A stretch of DNA of 64,000 nt from a virus (IMGVR_UViG_3300034683_000192:96001-160000); one strand, 5' to 3'. Counted from the stretch's first letter, positions 7,005 through 17,564 are shown. Numbers and translations are program-made. Notes: a model not told the origin generated them from the letters alone.

Positions 7005-7352
7005 TTATTTTTCATCTTTCTCCAAGAACATCGATGGTGCAACCTGAAAAAACTTCCCGAGGCGAACTGCAGTTCTTTTCGTGATCTTGTGAGTTCCAGT
7101 TTCGATCGCAGACAGTAACGACTGGCTCAGTTTCGTTGCATTCGCGACATCCGCCTGTGAAAGATATCTCGATGTACGATATTCCCGTAGCCGCTCATGC
7201 GGTCTTAAATCATCAATCAGAACGGGTGGATTTTCGTTAGACTCCGGTGAAATTAGTTCCACAATGCCGCCAAGTCTGGTGACAAAATTTCGAATAAGCT
7301 TAAGATCAGTATTCGGAATAATGCATCTGATCTCGACGAATCCATCCATCAT
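7005..7352 (-). CDS. XRE-family HTH protein (antitoxin/regulator-like)
   Basis: RLREYRTSRYLSQADVANATKLSQSLLSAIETG...AVRLGKFF is a typical HTH_3 pattern. Confidence 0.8.
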   Translation of the reverse strand: MMDGFVEIRCIIPNTDLKLIRNFVTRLGGIVELISPESNENPPVLIDDLRPHERLREYRTSRYLSQADVANATKLSQSLLSAIETGTHKITKRTAVRLGKFFQVAPSMFLEKDEK

Positions 7353-7362
7353 CGCGATTCTC

Positions 7363-8037
7363 CTAAAATGGTTCTTTCCATTTGACTTTGGTCAGTTCGC
7401 ACAGAAGAGAACACATTCTCCCTTTTGCTGCGTAGAATTCTTCGGTAGTAGGAAGTCTATCAAAATCCGCACGCACCGTGAAGTGATAGTAATCCGGGAT
7501 GTGAGCTATGCTGGCATCGTTGTAGTGTGTACCTGCACGCATCTTTCCGAGATACTTATGTGGTGCACTTTTCTTACCTGCAGGTGATTTGAGATACACC
7601 GGACGGTTCTCGAATCTCGTATCGTGAAATGGACCAATGTCGATTCGTATTCCGGTCTCTGGGGTAAGTTTTACGATTCCTTGAAATGCGAAATTGGAAT
7701 CGAATGCACAGAGAAGGTCGTCATACCCCGAGGATATGATTTTGTTGATGAGTGTGACTATCGTTTCAGAATGAGATACGAATGTCACGTAAGGAGTTGA
7801 ACACGACTTAACATCACCTTTTTCGGAGTGTGCGATATGTCCTTCACAGCTGAACAAGGTGAAAATGTGCTTTTTCCAGAGTGTCGCGATGAGATGTGCA
7901 TGAGCGTCATCCACATGAATGAGTTTCTTCAGTGGTTCGTATATTCTTTCGCAAGTGAACATCGGGCACAGTCCAGAGACTTTTTGTGCACTGACATCAG
8001 AAATAACCGAGTTGCACATTCTACATATCCAGGACAT
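7363..8037 (-). CDS. Hypothetical protein (CxxC; T.FSCEGH motif)
   Basis: 224-aa ORF in the operon. Confidence 0.7.
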   Translation of the reverse strand: MSWICRMCNSVISDVSAQKVSGLCPMFTCERIYEPLKKLIHVDDAHAHLIATLWKKHIFTLFSCEGHIAHSEKGDVKSCSTPYVTFVSHSETIVTLINKIISSGYDDLLCAFDSNFAFQGIVKLTPETGIRIDIGPFHDTRFENRPVYLKSPAGKKSAPHKYLGKMRAGTHYNDASIAHIPDYYHFTVRADFDRLPTTEEFYAAKGRMCSLLCELTKVKWKEPF

Positions 8038-8048
8038 GCCCAGCTCCT

Positions 8049-8435
8049 TTATTCATCGAAGATTGTTGAGACTTCTTTGTAAACCGATTTGGTGACATTC
8101 TCGTACGCCGATGCGTGGATCGTCCGTAGAATTCTACCCACGAAAAATCCGAACATTGCAGCATGCCCCCAGAAGACCAGACAATACCAGAACTTCCAAC
8201 TCATCACAGAATTGAAGCATACCCAGCCACAGACGAACGTGATCGCAGTACCAGTAAGCGCAAGTATGAGAAAAATTACTTGAACTGGATCGATCCTCCC
8301 GGGAGTGAATACCCGGGAGGTTTCCATGACCTGGATGAATTCTTTTTCTTTTGAATCGCTGCTTCTCATGACGTCTTGATACGGTTTGGTCATATGGGGA
8401 GAAGCAATCCAGAGATGGTGACCCATATATGCCAT
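8049..8435 (-). CDS. Hypothetical membrane protein
   Basis: Two hydrophobic segments; packed in the operon. Confidence 0.6.
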   Translation of the reverse strand: MAYMGHHLWIASPHMTKPYQDVMRSSDSKEKEFIQVMETSRVFTPGRIDPVQVIFLILALTGTAITFVCGWVCFNSVMSWKFWYCLVFWGHAAMFGFFVGRILRTIHASAYENVTKSVYKEVSTIFDE

Positions 8436-8438
8436 ATC

Positions 8439-8825
8439 TTACTCCTCAATAAGAAAATGAACGTCGTCAAAATTTGTGCAGTACGTATACAGTTTGATCT
8501 TGTCTTTCAAGATCGTACCGTTCGTACCTTTTGGAGTAGTGACAACAGGGTACCCCTTGAGGTTATCCGGACATCTCATTCTGGTAAGAGTCCCAGTACG
8601 CACCACGGTATATTCCGGATTCACTTTTTCAAGGTCCGCATTGAGTGCATCGGACTGAGGATATGAAATATCCACGATCTTCAGATCGCGCAATTTGTTT
8701 TCAGTATATCGCTGCGCTATTTGTCCTACCACTACCAGAAGAACGACGATGCACAGCAGAATACCAATAAGGATATTCGTATTACGATCACCGATCATCT
8801 TTACGAATTCTGTGGGTTCATCCAC
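8439..8825 (-). CDS. Hypothetical protein with N-terminal TM anchor
   Basis: ILIGILLCIVVLLVVVG segment. Confidence 0.65.
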   Translation of the reverse strand: MDEPTEFVKMIGDRNTNILIGILLCIVVLLVVVGQIAQRYTENKLRDLKIVDISYPQSDALNADLEKVNPEYTVVRTGTLTRMRCPDNLKGYPVVTTPKGTNGTILKDKIKLYTYCTNFDDVHFLIEE

Positions 8826-8894
8826 GAGTAAACTCCGTTTATTCGATTGCGTTGTTCACTATTGGAATGTATGTCTGAAACTTTGAAGAGTTTA

Positions 8895-9329
8895 TTATAC
8901 TCTTACAAGATACGGTAATATTTCTCTTACTTCCATAAGCATTTTCCCTAGTTTATTGAGACCAAATCCAGTTTTGAGACATACTCCCCAGTACTTGTCA
9001 TTGTGCCAATTACCTTCTATGATTGTTCTATTTCCTGTAGCATAAAGTCTATCTGCCAGATAAGGATCAGAGAATTTAGCCATCAGACCGATCATCATAA
9101 TCCTATCTTTGTCTCTGTCGAAAGTAGGACGAATCGTAATAATTCGTCCTAATCGGCGTGCATCTTTTGGTGAGTCTGAATTTAGTATACGTTCAAAGTC
9201 TTCATCGTGAAGAGCTTTGTTTGCTTGATAAAAATGTTCGTTTGTTTTCCACCAAAACCCATGTATACACATTGGACTTTCGTAGAAATTACTTAAGAAT
9301 CGGTATTCTCCACGAAATTGTGAAATCAT
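8895..9329 (-). CDS. NADAR (YbiA-like) family protein
   Basis: FRGEYRFLSNFY, TNEHFYQA.K, AKFS...L..TG...IIEGN..NDKYWGV...G.NKLGKMLMEVRE. Confidence 0.9.
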   Translation of the reverse strand: MISQFRGEYRFLSNFYESPMCIHGFWWKTNEHFYQANKALHDEDFERILNSDSPKDARRLGRIITIRPTFDRDKDRIMMIGLMAKFSDPYLADRLYATGNRTIIEGNWHNDKYWGVCLKTGFGLNKLGKMLMEVREILPYLVRV

Positions 9330-9811
9330 TCGAAATACAATGATTCATCGTACGTGAAGGAGTTACCACAACCAGAACAAAAGAAGGTTTCATTCATCAC
9401 TTCTTCTACTCCTGTAAGTACTTTTTGGTACGAATTATACCACTGTCCATCGATAGTCTGAAACACGGGATACGTGAACAATGCTCCTTTATGTTCAATT
9501 GGTAATCGACAACTTATGATCTTGGATAAACACTTCGGACATTCTACGAGATTTGCGTATCGTAGAAGTACATCACCGTGACATGCTTTTGGTGCACAGA
9601 AACATACGAGATCTTTTCCCCGGAGCTCATGCAGTGATGACATAAGCTCCGGGGTATTCAGAAGACGCAGTTCGTAAAGCTTCACGGAAGTTTCCCGATC
9701 CATGTCTAGACCGAGGGCAAAGGGATTTCCCCATTTCGTGGGACGTCCGATAAACACAGCATTCTTCGGGATTCCGTGAATATGCTTATTAAGAACCTGC
9801 GGTCTCCTCAT
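9326..9811 (-). CDS. DUF4326-family protein with C-terminal Zn ribbon
   Basis: VFIGRPTKWGNPF...ELRGKDLVCFCAPKACHGDVL. Confidence 0.85.
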   Translation of the reverse strand: MRRPQVLNKHIHGIPKNAVFIGRPTKWGNPFALGLDMDRETSVKLYELRLLNTPELMSSLHELRGKDLVCFCAPKACHGDVLLRYANLVECPKCLSKIISCRLPIEHKGALFTYPVFQTIDGQWYNSYQKVLTGVEEVMNETFFCSGCGNSFTYDESLYFE

Positions 9812-10409
9812 CGAATTCTCCTACGATGACTTCCCTGCTGGGAGCGGGAAGAATTTTCAGACGTTTCTTGATAGTCGGAGCATCTGTCATCAGTCTCGAA
9901 AGGTTCTGCTCAACACTGGTGAGAAACCGATTGACGATGTTGGTACCAACTTCATCATCCGTCATCCAGTGAAGCAAGAAATCGGAAAGATTGAAACCAG
10001 TGATCGGAAGCCCGTCCGCAATATCCGGAAGAAACTCACGACGGAATTCTTCGGTCGAAGTATAGACATACCCGGTGGGATGGGCGATATCAAAATACGT
10101 ACCATTCCACCCGATAAATCCATGACCACTGGTAGCGTAGTATTCCACACGCTCTCCGGTGAGTTCGGAGAATGCGATACCTATGGCGACTGCTGCTACC
10201 CCACAATCGCCAGTATTGATCGTCTCTGCAGTTTGATTATGATTGATAAAGATGGTATCCGGCCAGTGACCAGATACTTCACCTTTCAATTTTTTGTGAT
10301 GCATACCAGCCAACATGTTGGCGAGTCTGCTTTCGGTTTCATACATGATGGAGAAATGCCTGATGAGAATTTCCATCAGTTTGCTGTGAGGAATATTGAG
10401 CTTGGCCAC
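9789..10409 (-). CDS. Hypothetical protein
   Basis: 206-aa ORF. GDCG...H pattern is weakly papain-like. Confidence 0.65.
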   Translation of the reverse strand: MAKLNIPHSKLMEILIRHFSIMYETESRLANMLAGMHHKKLKGEVSGHWPDTIFINHNQTAETINTGDCGVAAVAIGIAFSELTGERVEYYATSGHGFIGWNGTYFDIAHPTGYVYTSTEEFRREFLPDIADGLPITGFNLSDFLLHWMTDDEVGTNIVNRFLTSVEQNLSRLMTDAPTIKKRLKILPAPSREVIVGEFDEETAGS

Positions 10410-10411
10410 GA

Positions 10412-11026
10412 TTAGACTCCTTCTGCTCGCATGAATCGGAAGTTTCCTAACACAAATCCGTCATCGGTACCGAAACGATCCAACAAATGGTCGATTGATC
10501 TGACGACCAGCGTATACGGAGCCAGTCGGAAAATTGGTAAAGGACTCATCGTATCCTCTTTATCATGGAGTACTACGAATGGATGAATTCTTCCAGTGGT
10601 CACTACCTCTGGAAAGAATGTCACCAATTCTTTTTTGCCATGAAGTCTGAGTTCGGTGACCTCGGCAATTTCTGGCGCATTCTGTCGACGCAATGTACGC
10701 AATGCACGTCTAAGTGTATTGTGCACTCGCGGAGTGTACGGAATGGTTGCGACTCGAGGTTTGTCGTAGTGGAGAGCATCAAAAAGTCCACCACCATTAC
10801 TATCGCATGGATCGTAATGCATGATCAACTTAGGAATGCTTCTCTTGTAAAAAGAACGGCCAATCATCACTGAACGAGACGGAATATATCTCAACTGTCC
10901 AGTTATTGTCGCTACCCGAAGGTCAGCAGCTTCTGCTGTTGAGGATGCTACCGCTAAAGTTTTCAAATCACCAAAATGGAATTCTGCCTCTACCACGTCA
11001 TTGAACAGATCCAAAATATTTCCCAT
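10412..11026 (-). CDS. Hypothetical protein
   Basis: 204-aa ORF with RBS, first gene after a hairpin. Confidence 0.65.
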   Translation of the reverse strand: MGNILDLFNDVVEAEFHFGDLKTLAVASSTAEAADLRVATITGQLRYIPSRSVMIGRSFYKRSIPKLIMHYDPCDSNGGGLFDALHYDKPRVATIPYTPRVHNTLRRALRTLRRQNAPEIAEVTELRLHGKKELVTFFPEVVTTGRIHPFVVLHDKEDTMSPLPIFRLAPYTLVVRSIDHLLDRFGTDDGFVLGNFRFMRAEGV

Positions 11027-11040
11027 AGCGATTCCTTTTT

Positions 11041-11072
11041 ACAGGAGAGGTACCGATCGGTACCTCTCCTGT
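11041..11072. terminator. Perfect 32-bp palindrome
   Basis: ACAGGAGAGGTACCGA|TCGGTACCTCTCCTGT. Confidence 0.7.
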
Positions 11073-11087
11073 GTATGGATTTCTAGC

Positions 11088-14000
11088 TTATGCCAGAGAT
11101 TGTGGGAACTTGTACCCCTGTTCAGCAAAAGCCCGGACGAGTGCTTCTGCATACTGGGGACGGTAAGCATTCAACTTATCAAACACCACTGGGGTGATGT
11201 CAAGAAGTGCTTTTACCGTACTGATCCCGAGAGGCCGCAGAGCTGAGAGAACAGCGGCCTGACAACCACGAGAGGTACCATCTTTCTGCATGGTCTTTAC
11301 CTTGATATTGCACAAGGCAAAGAACTTCGCGAGGGTTCCATCGGGATTGGTTTCGTAGTACTTTTGAATGTGAGTCCATCCATCAGATTCGGAGTTGATC
11401 TCGATGTTAGACAGAGGGTTATCTGCCTTTTCCGCTTCCTGCAGTTCTTCGACCGCATTAGCAATAGCGTCGAGATCGACATCACTTGCAGTAGTAACCA
11501 CTTCAGGTTCTTGTTCCTTTGTGGATACATCCTCCGCAATGATGTGCGGTTCCTGAATCTTTTTGCTTTCAACGAATTTCTTCAGGAGATTGCGGATCTC
11601 AAAGAATCCATTCGTCGTTTCTTCTGGAATGAAGATTTCCATGAAACTGAGCATGCAGGACAGGAACCAGATTTTCACCGGGTAGTCCTTGATGGTCTGC
11701 ACGCAACGGGTGAACCACTCACCAGTCGTCACCGAGAATTCCGTACAACCACGTGCATTCGCTTCGAAAAGCGCAATCGCACAGAGCAGGTACTTCTCGT
11801 ATGCCGAGTATTCCCTATTACCGAAGTATTCGGGAACTCTGGTGGATATTTCAGGCCACACCGCATCGATGAGACCCACGAGTTTGCCAGCAGAAATGGA
11901 ACCATCGAGTTTCTCGAATTCTTCCATTGTGACAATATCGTAGAATGCCATCAGCGATGTACCAGTCTGAGAGACCGTCGATCGCTTCCCTGCGATGTGA
12001 AGATACATGAGGTAGTCGAGCTGCGGGAAGTAGTGACGGACACATCTGAGAGACACGTATCTGTATACTTCCGGATCATCGAACTTCCTACCGATCGAAC
12101 GTTTGAGGTCTTCGAGATCTCTGGCGATCGATGGGTACTGGATACTGAACTGAGTTATGGCAATCCCGATTCCTGAGAACCTCACAGGAGTAGGATTAAG
12201 CTTGACGCCCTTTTCAGCGAGACCAGTCAAGAAGGTTTCTTCCATTCCAGGAGTCGTCAGGGCTGGCTGAAGTTTCCGATCTTCTTCTTTGATGGAGACT
12301 CGTTCCGATTCGACCACTTCCCGAATGTCCTTCGGAAGGACTTGCGCATCGGGAAAAGTGTACTCGCGGATAAGCGTACCATCGTCATCAGTTCCCATGG
12401 TCAGATTTTCTTGTCCTTCCATGGGTTCAGGAATTTCGTCCTGATTGAGATCGCCAGAATAGTGCTCCTGTGTACCTGGATAATTCCGGCCAAGCGGTTC
12501 CCACGTGTATGTGGTTTCTGTCGTTGGAATTTCGACTTCCATTGTACTGGCAGCTTCTTCCTTGGACTCTTCTACCGATTCAGGAAGTCCCACTTCCGAC
12601 GATTTCGATAGGTGAGCCATGAGCTTGTTCTTTTGTGCATCCCACCAGTCGAGAATGAATTCAGCTTCGATCTGTTCGAATGCTTCATCAATCCACGTCT
12701 TCACCCAGTAGAACGTCTCATCATCAGAATGTTGACGTACCAGCTTCGCGATCAGACAGAACATCGCGATGAAGTACTTCTCATCCGGAGAGGTTTTACG
12801 AGTGTCGTCATGGAAGAACTCATGCATCTTGTCGCTCCCGAAATAGTGGGAGTTGGACATATCACGGAATACCGTGTGAACGAGCTTTGCGTACGTCTGA
12901 CCAAGGAATCCTTCATCAAGACTATGCCCTTCCTCGTGGAGGTACGTCATGATGTCGAATACCAAGAGTCGCAGATCCCCGAAAGAGGTCCCAGAGTAGA
13001 GAAGCAGCGCGATATAATCAAGATCACTCCGTTCGAAGTTTTCCGACTTATCACGAATGATTCCGTACATGATCGAGAGATCTGCTTTGAGTACGAAATT
13101 CGCGCGATGGAGCGCCGTGTATGCTGAAGGGATCTGCTTTACTGCGCGAGTCATCCGATCACGCTCTTCTGCGTATTCTCCTCGCGTACCGAGATAGATC
13201 TCGAAGTTCGGATCACTTCCTCTGAGCATGACGGAATTGTAACTACCGAGAACATAATCGTCCACGATGTGATGGAACCACCACCGGCAACCGGTTACCC
13301 AGAGACTGCAGGTCGAGCATTCGGGGATTGACGATATGCACGACTTCAGCCATGCGGTAACCTTCTGATGATACCCACTGAGCGCAGGATCGTTCGAATT
13401 CGAAGCTGCTTCCACCATGAGGTGGATCATCGCGAGCATGAACCGATGCTTGTGCGTGGTTTTCGAAAAAGATGTCAGCCTATCTGCCGGATTCGGTCCG
13501 ACCAGATCGACGTAGATTCCGAGATGACGGTAGAGCTCTTCCTGTCTGATGACGAACTGCGTGGTTGCGTTGTCAAACAAGTAACTGAAGAATTCTTCGG
13601 TAATCGTGAGATCATCGAGGAATTTCATGGTACGAGTAACGAGCCGAATGTACTCTACTTTTTCCTGAGGAGGATTGTATTTCCATGCGTATATGAGATA
13701 TCCGATTTCCCGCAGGTGATGATTCGGGGGATAGAATCCGATATCTCTGTGCATTTCACGCACATCGAACACGGTAGAGTTCACGAAATCCGCGAGATCG
13801 AGATATCCCTTACTCCGGAATCGTTCGATCGCATCTTCGCGGTAGCTTTCCCGCCGAGCTTCAATTTCTTCTTTGCTCGGGTCAGTCGACAGCACGTCCG
13901 ATGCGGGAAGAATTTCTTCTGGAGCGAGATCTGCTACCAGAGTAGCGCCAGTGTGGATGATGGGAATGATGAAGGTTTCCACCACATTTCTTCGCTCTCT

Positions 14001-15956
14001 GATTTTTCCCATCTGGAATTCGAGGATCATTTCGATAATGGCATCGAGAATGGTATCCTCCGAAACATCCGTACTGAGAGTACCTTCGGCTTCCGCTTTT
14101 TCGAGATCTTCTAGTTCCGCCAGGAATAGATCAGTGAACACTCGTTTGTCCGTACTGTGATAGTCGAACGCACGAGCGCTTGCTGGATATTTGTCGATCT
14201 TCAGCAGAGCAGTCATGATCTGCGCCCACAGATATCTCCGTTTATTCGTGGATGAGACGACGGAGTTGACCTTACTAACGTTGTACAGGTATTCAGTCAC
14301 ATCCTCCGTGATGAACTGCTGACAACAAATCAGACTTTCCAGCGAAATGCCTATCTCCCCGATTTCGATGATATTCGATGACGGATCATTGAAGAAACCG
14401 ATAAGTCGGTCGAAGTCCTCGCTCGTGTTGTCTTTTCCGTCAATAAGGTCACGTACCGTACGACTGAACACGCGTACTTTCGTATTCATGTCAATCGTAC
14501 ACGAGATTGCGATGATGTACGCACGAAGGACCACAGGCAGAATTTTGGAATCCCAGATCTCTTCGTGTAGTGACAACGACATAAGACCTGGAGCGATGTA
14601 CAGATTCGGAATATTCCATTTCTCACCGATATCGACTTTGCGAGTCTCAAGAAGATACTGTTCAGTCCTCCTGATTTCATCGATGAGTTCTTTCACTGTA
14701 CCACAGGACAGCATCCGCCCGAAGCAGCGCTCGATCCTCGCCTTGTCGTAGTCAGTGTCCTCTACGAAATGTTCACCAAAGAAATGCGATTCGAGTGTCT
14801 TCACTGTCGCGAATTTTGTGGAATCATTCCTTCCCCAGACAGTAGAAATGGCGTATATCCACCAAGTCACGATTGGGATCTGCTGGATATTTCCATACCC
14901 GAATTTCGGGATTGTCTTCAGTTCGAGAGGCCGATCTTTCGGAAGAAATTCGTTCAGCTCCTCGATATTGTGGCAGATGATCCGGTGCATTTCTACGAGC
15001 CGATCGACCAGCAGGCTACCACCGAGCTCACGATACTTGTCGTAGAAGTTGTGACCAAGATCGAAAAACTCATTTGTGAGCCACTGTTGATTGCGTATAC
15101 CGAGTCTTCCGGTATTGTATTCAAGGTATGCGCATATCACGAAAAATGCAATAACGTCAAGAATACCTGAATCGTCGATCTTCAGGAATTCTGCAAGTTT
15201 TGCATTTTCTTGACGATTGGTCAGCATCAGTTTCTTCATTTCTTCGGTGACGAATCCGAAACTGACCAAATCATCGTACACCTGAGATGTGGTATCGGGA
15301 GTCGTGGTTTCCGTAAGCACTTCTTCCGCTTTCTTGATGAGACGAAGTACTTTGCGCGGCTTGTTCGCATCGCTCATCGCACTTTTCAGAGATTCGCCTG
15401 CAGAAAAGATCAATTGTCCTGCCGAAGGAGTCTCTTCCTTGGAAATCGGTTCAGATGATCCAGTCAACTCTTTACGGAGTTTGGCATCCGTTTCGGTTCT
15501 GATCGTGCAGATGAGATCCAGAAGATCGTCACGAGTATCGGTAGCCATACTCTTGGCGATTCTGAATCCCACAGATTCTTCAGGGAACAGTTTCTGGAAG
15601 AGTTGGAAATTCGGATTGAATAGATTCGTCAGACCAGCGAAGATCCACGGATCTGCCGGGATGAATCCAGGTATGATGTTACCGATCATGACCTGATGCA
15701 TGCATCCGTATTTTTCCGAAGGAAAGAATGCGAGACCGCATGCGAATGTACCGACACTGGTATCGTCGATGACGTTGGGCATCAGAGGGCACCAGATGAC
15801 ACTGTTATTAGGCATGATCTCTTTCGGACCCACACCTCTACACAGTTCCTCTGCGATGATCTCGGCACCATATTCCGCCGTACTAAAGAACCTGGACAGC
15901 AGATCTTTTTCGATGAGTTCAAGAACATCGTTGATGCTGAACGTATTTTCACTCAT
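11088..15956 (-). CDS. Very large hypothetical protein (~1620 aa) with degenerate internal helical repeats
   Basis: Long uninterrupted ORF; GGAGGA RBS before ATG at 15956 (MSENTF). No recognised family. Confidence 0.85.
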   Translation of the reverse strand: MSENTFSINDVLELIEKDLLSRFFSTAEYGAEIIAEELCRGVGPKEIMPNNSVIWCPLMPNVIDDTSVGTFACGLAFFPSEKYGCMHQVMIGNIIPGFIPADPWIFAGLTNLFNPNFQLFQKLFPEESVGFRIAKSMATDTRDDLLDLICTIRTETDAKLRKELTGSSEPISKEETPSAGQLIFSAGESLKSAMSDANKPRKVLRLIKKAEEVLTETTTPDTTSQVYDDLVSFGFVTEEMKKLMLTNRQENAKLAEFLKIDDSGILDVIAFFVICAYLEYNTGRLGIRNQQWLTNEFFDLGHNFYDKYRELGGSLLVDRLVEMHRIICHNIEELNEFLPKDRPLELKTIPKFGYGNIQQIPIVTWWIYAISTVWGRNDSTKFATVKTLESHFFGEHFVEDTDYDKARIERCFGRMLSCGTVKELIDEIRRTEQYLLETRKVDIGEKWNIPNLYIAPGLMSLSLHEEIWDSKILPVVLRAYIIAISCTIDMNTKVRVFSRTVRDLIDGKDNTSEDFDRLIGFFNDPSSNIIEIGEIGISLESLICCQQFITEDVTEYLYNVSKVNSVVSSTNKRRYLWAQIMTALLKIDKYPASARAFDYHSTDKRVFTDLFLAELEDLEKAEAEGTLSTDVSEDTILDAIIEMILEFQMGKIRERRNVVETFIIPIIHTGATLVADLAPEEILPASDVLSTDPSKEEIEARRESYREDAIERFRSKGYLDLADFVNSTVFDVREMHRDIGFYPPNHHLREIGYLIYAWKYNPPQEKVEYIRLVTRTMKFLDDLTITEEFFSYLFDNATTQFVIRQEELYRHLGIYVDLVGPNPADRLTSFSKTTHKHRFMLAMIHLMVEAASNSNDPALSGYHQKVTAWLKSCISSIPECSTCSLWVTGCRWWFHHIVDDYVLGSYNSVMLRGSDPNFEIYLGTRGEYAEERDRMTRAVKQIPSAYTALHRANFVLKADLSIMYGIIRDKSENFERSDLDYIALLLYSGTSFGDLRLLVFDIMTYLHEEGHSLDEGFLGQTYAKLVHTVFRDMSNSHYFGSDKMHEFFHDDTRKTSPDEKYFIAMFCLIAKLVRQHSDDETFYWVKTWIDEAFEQIEAEFILDWWDAQKNKLMAHLSKSSEVGLPESVEESKEEAASTMEVEIPTTETTYTWEPLGRNYPGTQEHYSGDLNQDEIPEPMEGQENLTMGTDDDGTLIREYTFPDAQVLPKDIREVVESERVSIKEEDRKLQPALTTPGMEETFLTGLAEKGVKLNPTPVRFSGIGIAITQFSIQYPSIARDLEDLKRSIGRKFDDPEVYRYVSLRCVRHYFPQLDYLMYLHIAGKRSTVSQTGTSLMAFYDIVTMEEFEKLDGSISAGKLVGLIDAVWPEISTRVPEYFGNREYSAYEKYLLCAIALFEANARGCTEFSVTTGEWFTRCVQTIKDYPVKIWFLSCMLSFMEIFIPEETTNGFFEIRNLLKKFVESKKIQEPHIIAEDVSTKEQEPEVVTTASDVDLDAIANAVEELQEAEKADNPLSNIEINSESDGWTHIQKYYETNPDGTLAKFFALCNIKVKTMQKDGTSRGCQAAVLSALRPLGISTVKALLDITPVVFDKLNAYRPQYAEALVRAFAEQGYKFPQSLA

Positions 15957-16041
15957 GGGTTTCCATCCTCCACAGATGTAGTTGAGCTTAGTGTATACGT
16001 ATGTCGTGATGATGTCATTCCTGACATGCACACGAATCTTC

Positions 16042-16335
16042 TCACCGGTCGTCGTCAGATTCGATGCAGTAACTGTCTTCTTCTTCACGCTCGCAGACGA
16101 TGTACCCTGATCCTTCAAGTACACCAATCATCGCTTCGTAATTCAGAATCCCATCAGCATCTTCTGAATCGTAGGTGATGATGAGTACTGACGTAGATCC
16201 CGAAGTGGTTTCACCTGAGTCATCATCAGTGCTACCAGGAAATACGTAAGTATCTTCGACGCCATCTTTGGTCACAAAGATGACAATCGGATAAGTCTGT
16301 TCAATTTTTTCCTGAAACAAAAGCATATCGAACAT
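16042..16335 (-). CDS. Small acidic hypothetical protein
   Basis: 97-aa ORF with AGGAG RBS. Confidence 0.6.
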   Translation of the reverse strand: MFDMLLFQEKIEQTYPIVIFVTKDGVEDTYVFPGSTDDDSGETTSGSTSVLIITYDSEDADGILNYEAMIGVLEGSGYIVCEREEEDSYCIESDDDR

Positions 16336-16378
16336 GAAAGGCTCCTTGTTGAAAAAGTTGATGGTTTCACTATATTAG

Positions 16379-16406
16379 CCGTAGGTACACAATTGTGTAC
16401 CTACGG
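16379..16406. terminator. Perfect 28-bp palindrome
   Basis: CCGTAGGTACACAA|TTGTGTACCTACGG. Confidence 0.65.
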
Positions 16407-16423
16407 TGTATTGATTCGATAGA

Positions 16424-17182
16424 TCAGTCTTCGTCAAGAACGAAGCTATCACACTTTGGATCTACCAGGAAATAGACTTCCTTTCCAAGTGAGAGAGCTT
16501 TGAAAATTTCGTCACATGTCGAAACACCGATACGACCATTCGGATATCCTGGTTCAACAGGGTTTACGACATAGATCGCATCACTTGCGACGATCTTCCA
16601 GAAGTGGAGTTTGTCCAGACGTTTCTTGATCGGACCAGACATGTCGATATCGCCACAATGACCGAATACTCGTCCAGTCGAAATGGTAATATTTCCTTCG
16701 AGCGTGAGCTGGTGCTCCACGTCATCAAAGACTGCTTTGTGTTTCGAAGATCCACACAGAGTAACGATCTTCGGTCGTACACCAGATGGATAGGGATTGG
16801 CAGTAATTTTCACGATCTCTCCGGACAGAAGCGATTCGAGAGTTCGAATGTTCGGAAGGGTAGGAGTTTGGAATTCTTCAGTACTGAATGAGAGTTTTCC
16901 TACCGAATTGATGATCCCGCTATGAGAAATGAGAATTGCGAAATCTTCTTCTGGCATACCACAAACAATACCAGAGAAACACTGCATCAGCCTGCGAATA
17001 TCGAAGAGAAACGACGAATAATCGAAGTTTCTCGAAGTGATGGAGATATCGAGACAGACCGTACCTTTTTCACTTTCGGATTTTGTGATATTGTAATCTT
17101 TCCCGAGACGCCACAGAAGTTGCTGAATCTTCTGCTCCCAGGTATCTTTGTAGATGATGAAAATAAAACTCAGAGGTCCCAT
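16424..17182 (-). CDS. Protein with C-terminal DUF4406/nucleoside-deoxyribosyltransferase-like Rossmann domain
   Basis: IVTLCGSS...QLTLEGNITIS...LDKLHFWKI..SDAIYVVN...IGVST..EI..A..LGKEVYF. RBS supports ATG at 17182. Confidence 0.65.
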   Translation of the reverse strand: MGPLSFIFIIYKDTWEQKIQQLLWRLGKDYNITKSESEKGTVCLDISITSRNFDYSSFLFDIRRLMQCFSGIVCGMPEEDFAILISHSGIINSVGKLSFSTEEFQTPTLPNIRTLESLLSGEIVKITANPYPSGVRPKIVTLCGSSKHKAVFDDVEHQLTLEGNITISTGRVFGHCGDIDMSGPIKKRLDKLHFWKIVASDAIYVVNPVEPGYPNGRIGVSTCDEIFKALSLGKEVYFLVDPKCDSFVLDED

Positions 17183-17195
17183 ACATTTTCCTCCC

Positions 17196-17564
17196 TTAGA
17201 AGTTTCGAATGTACACAAGCTCACAGCGATTGGATAATATCTCGTACCTGGTAAATTTTCGCAGCCATTCTTGGCGTTTACACGGAGGAATGTCAGTATG
17301 AATAGGCAATCCTTCGTATACACCAAATGATTTGATTATGTTTTTTGGTACATCAAGTTCCACAAAAATACGATATTCCGTACCAAAAAGCATTCGGCAG
17401 AAATTTCGAATATCTTCAAGGAACTCTTCATCAGTATCACTACACTTTCCAGAAAAGAGAGTAATCAATAAGTAACTTTCGTACTTAATGTTGCAGACTT
17501 TCGAAGTCAATACTTGTAATTCAGTACAGTACTGACTCGGGACAAATCCGGCGATTTTCGCCAT
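17196..17564 (-). CDS. Hypothetical protein
   Basis: 122-aa ORF with GGAGGAG RBS, downstream of a TATATTAC motif. Confidence 0.65.
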   Translation of the reverse strand: MAKIAGFVPSQYCTELQVLTSKVCNIKYESYLLITLFSGKCSDTDEEFLEDIRNFCRMLFGTEYRIFVELDVPKNIIKSFGVYEGLPIHTDIPPCKRQEWLRKFTRYEILSNRCELVYIRNF

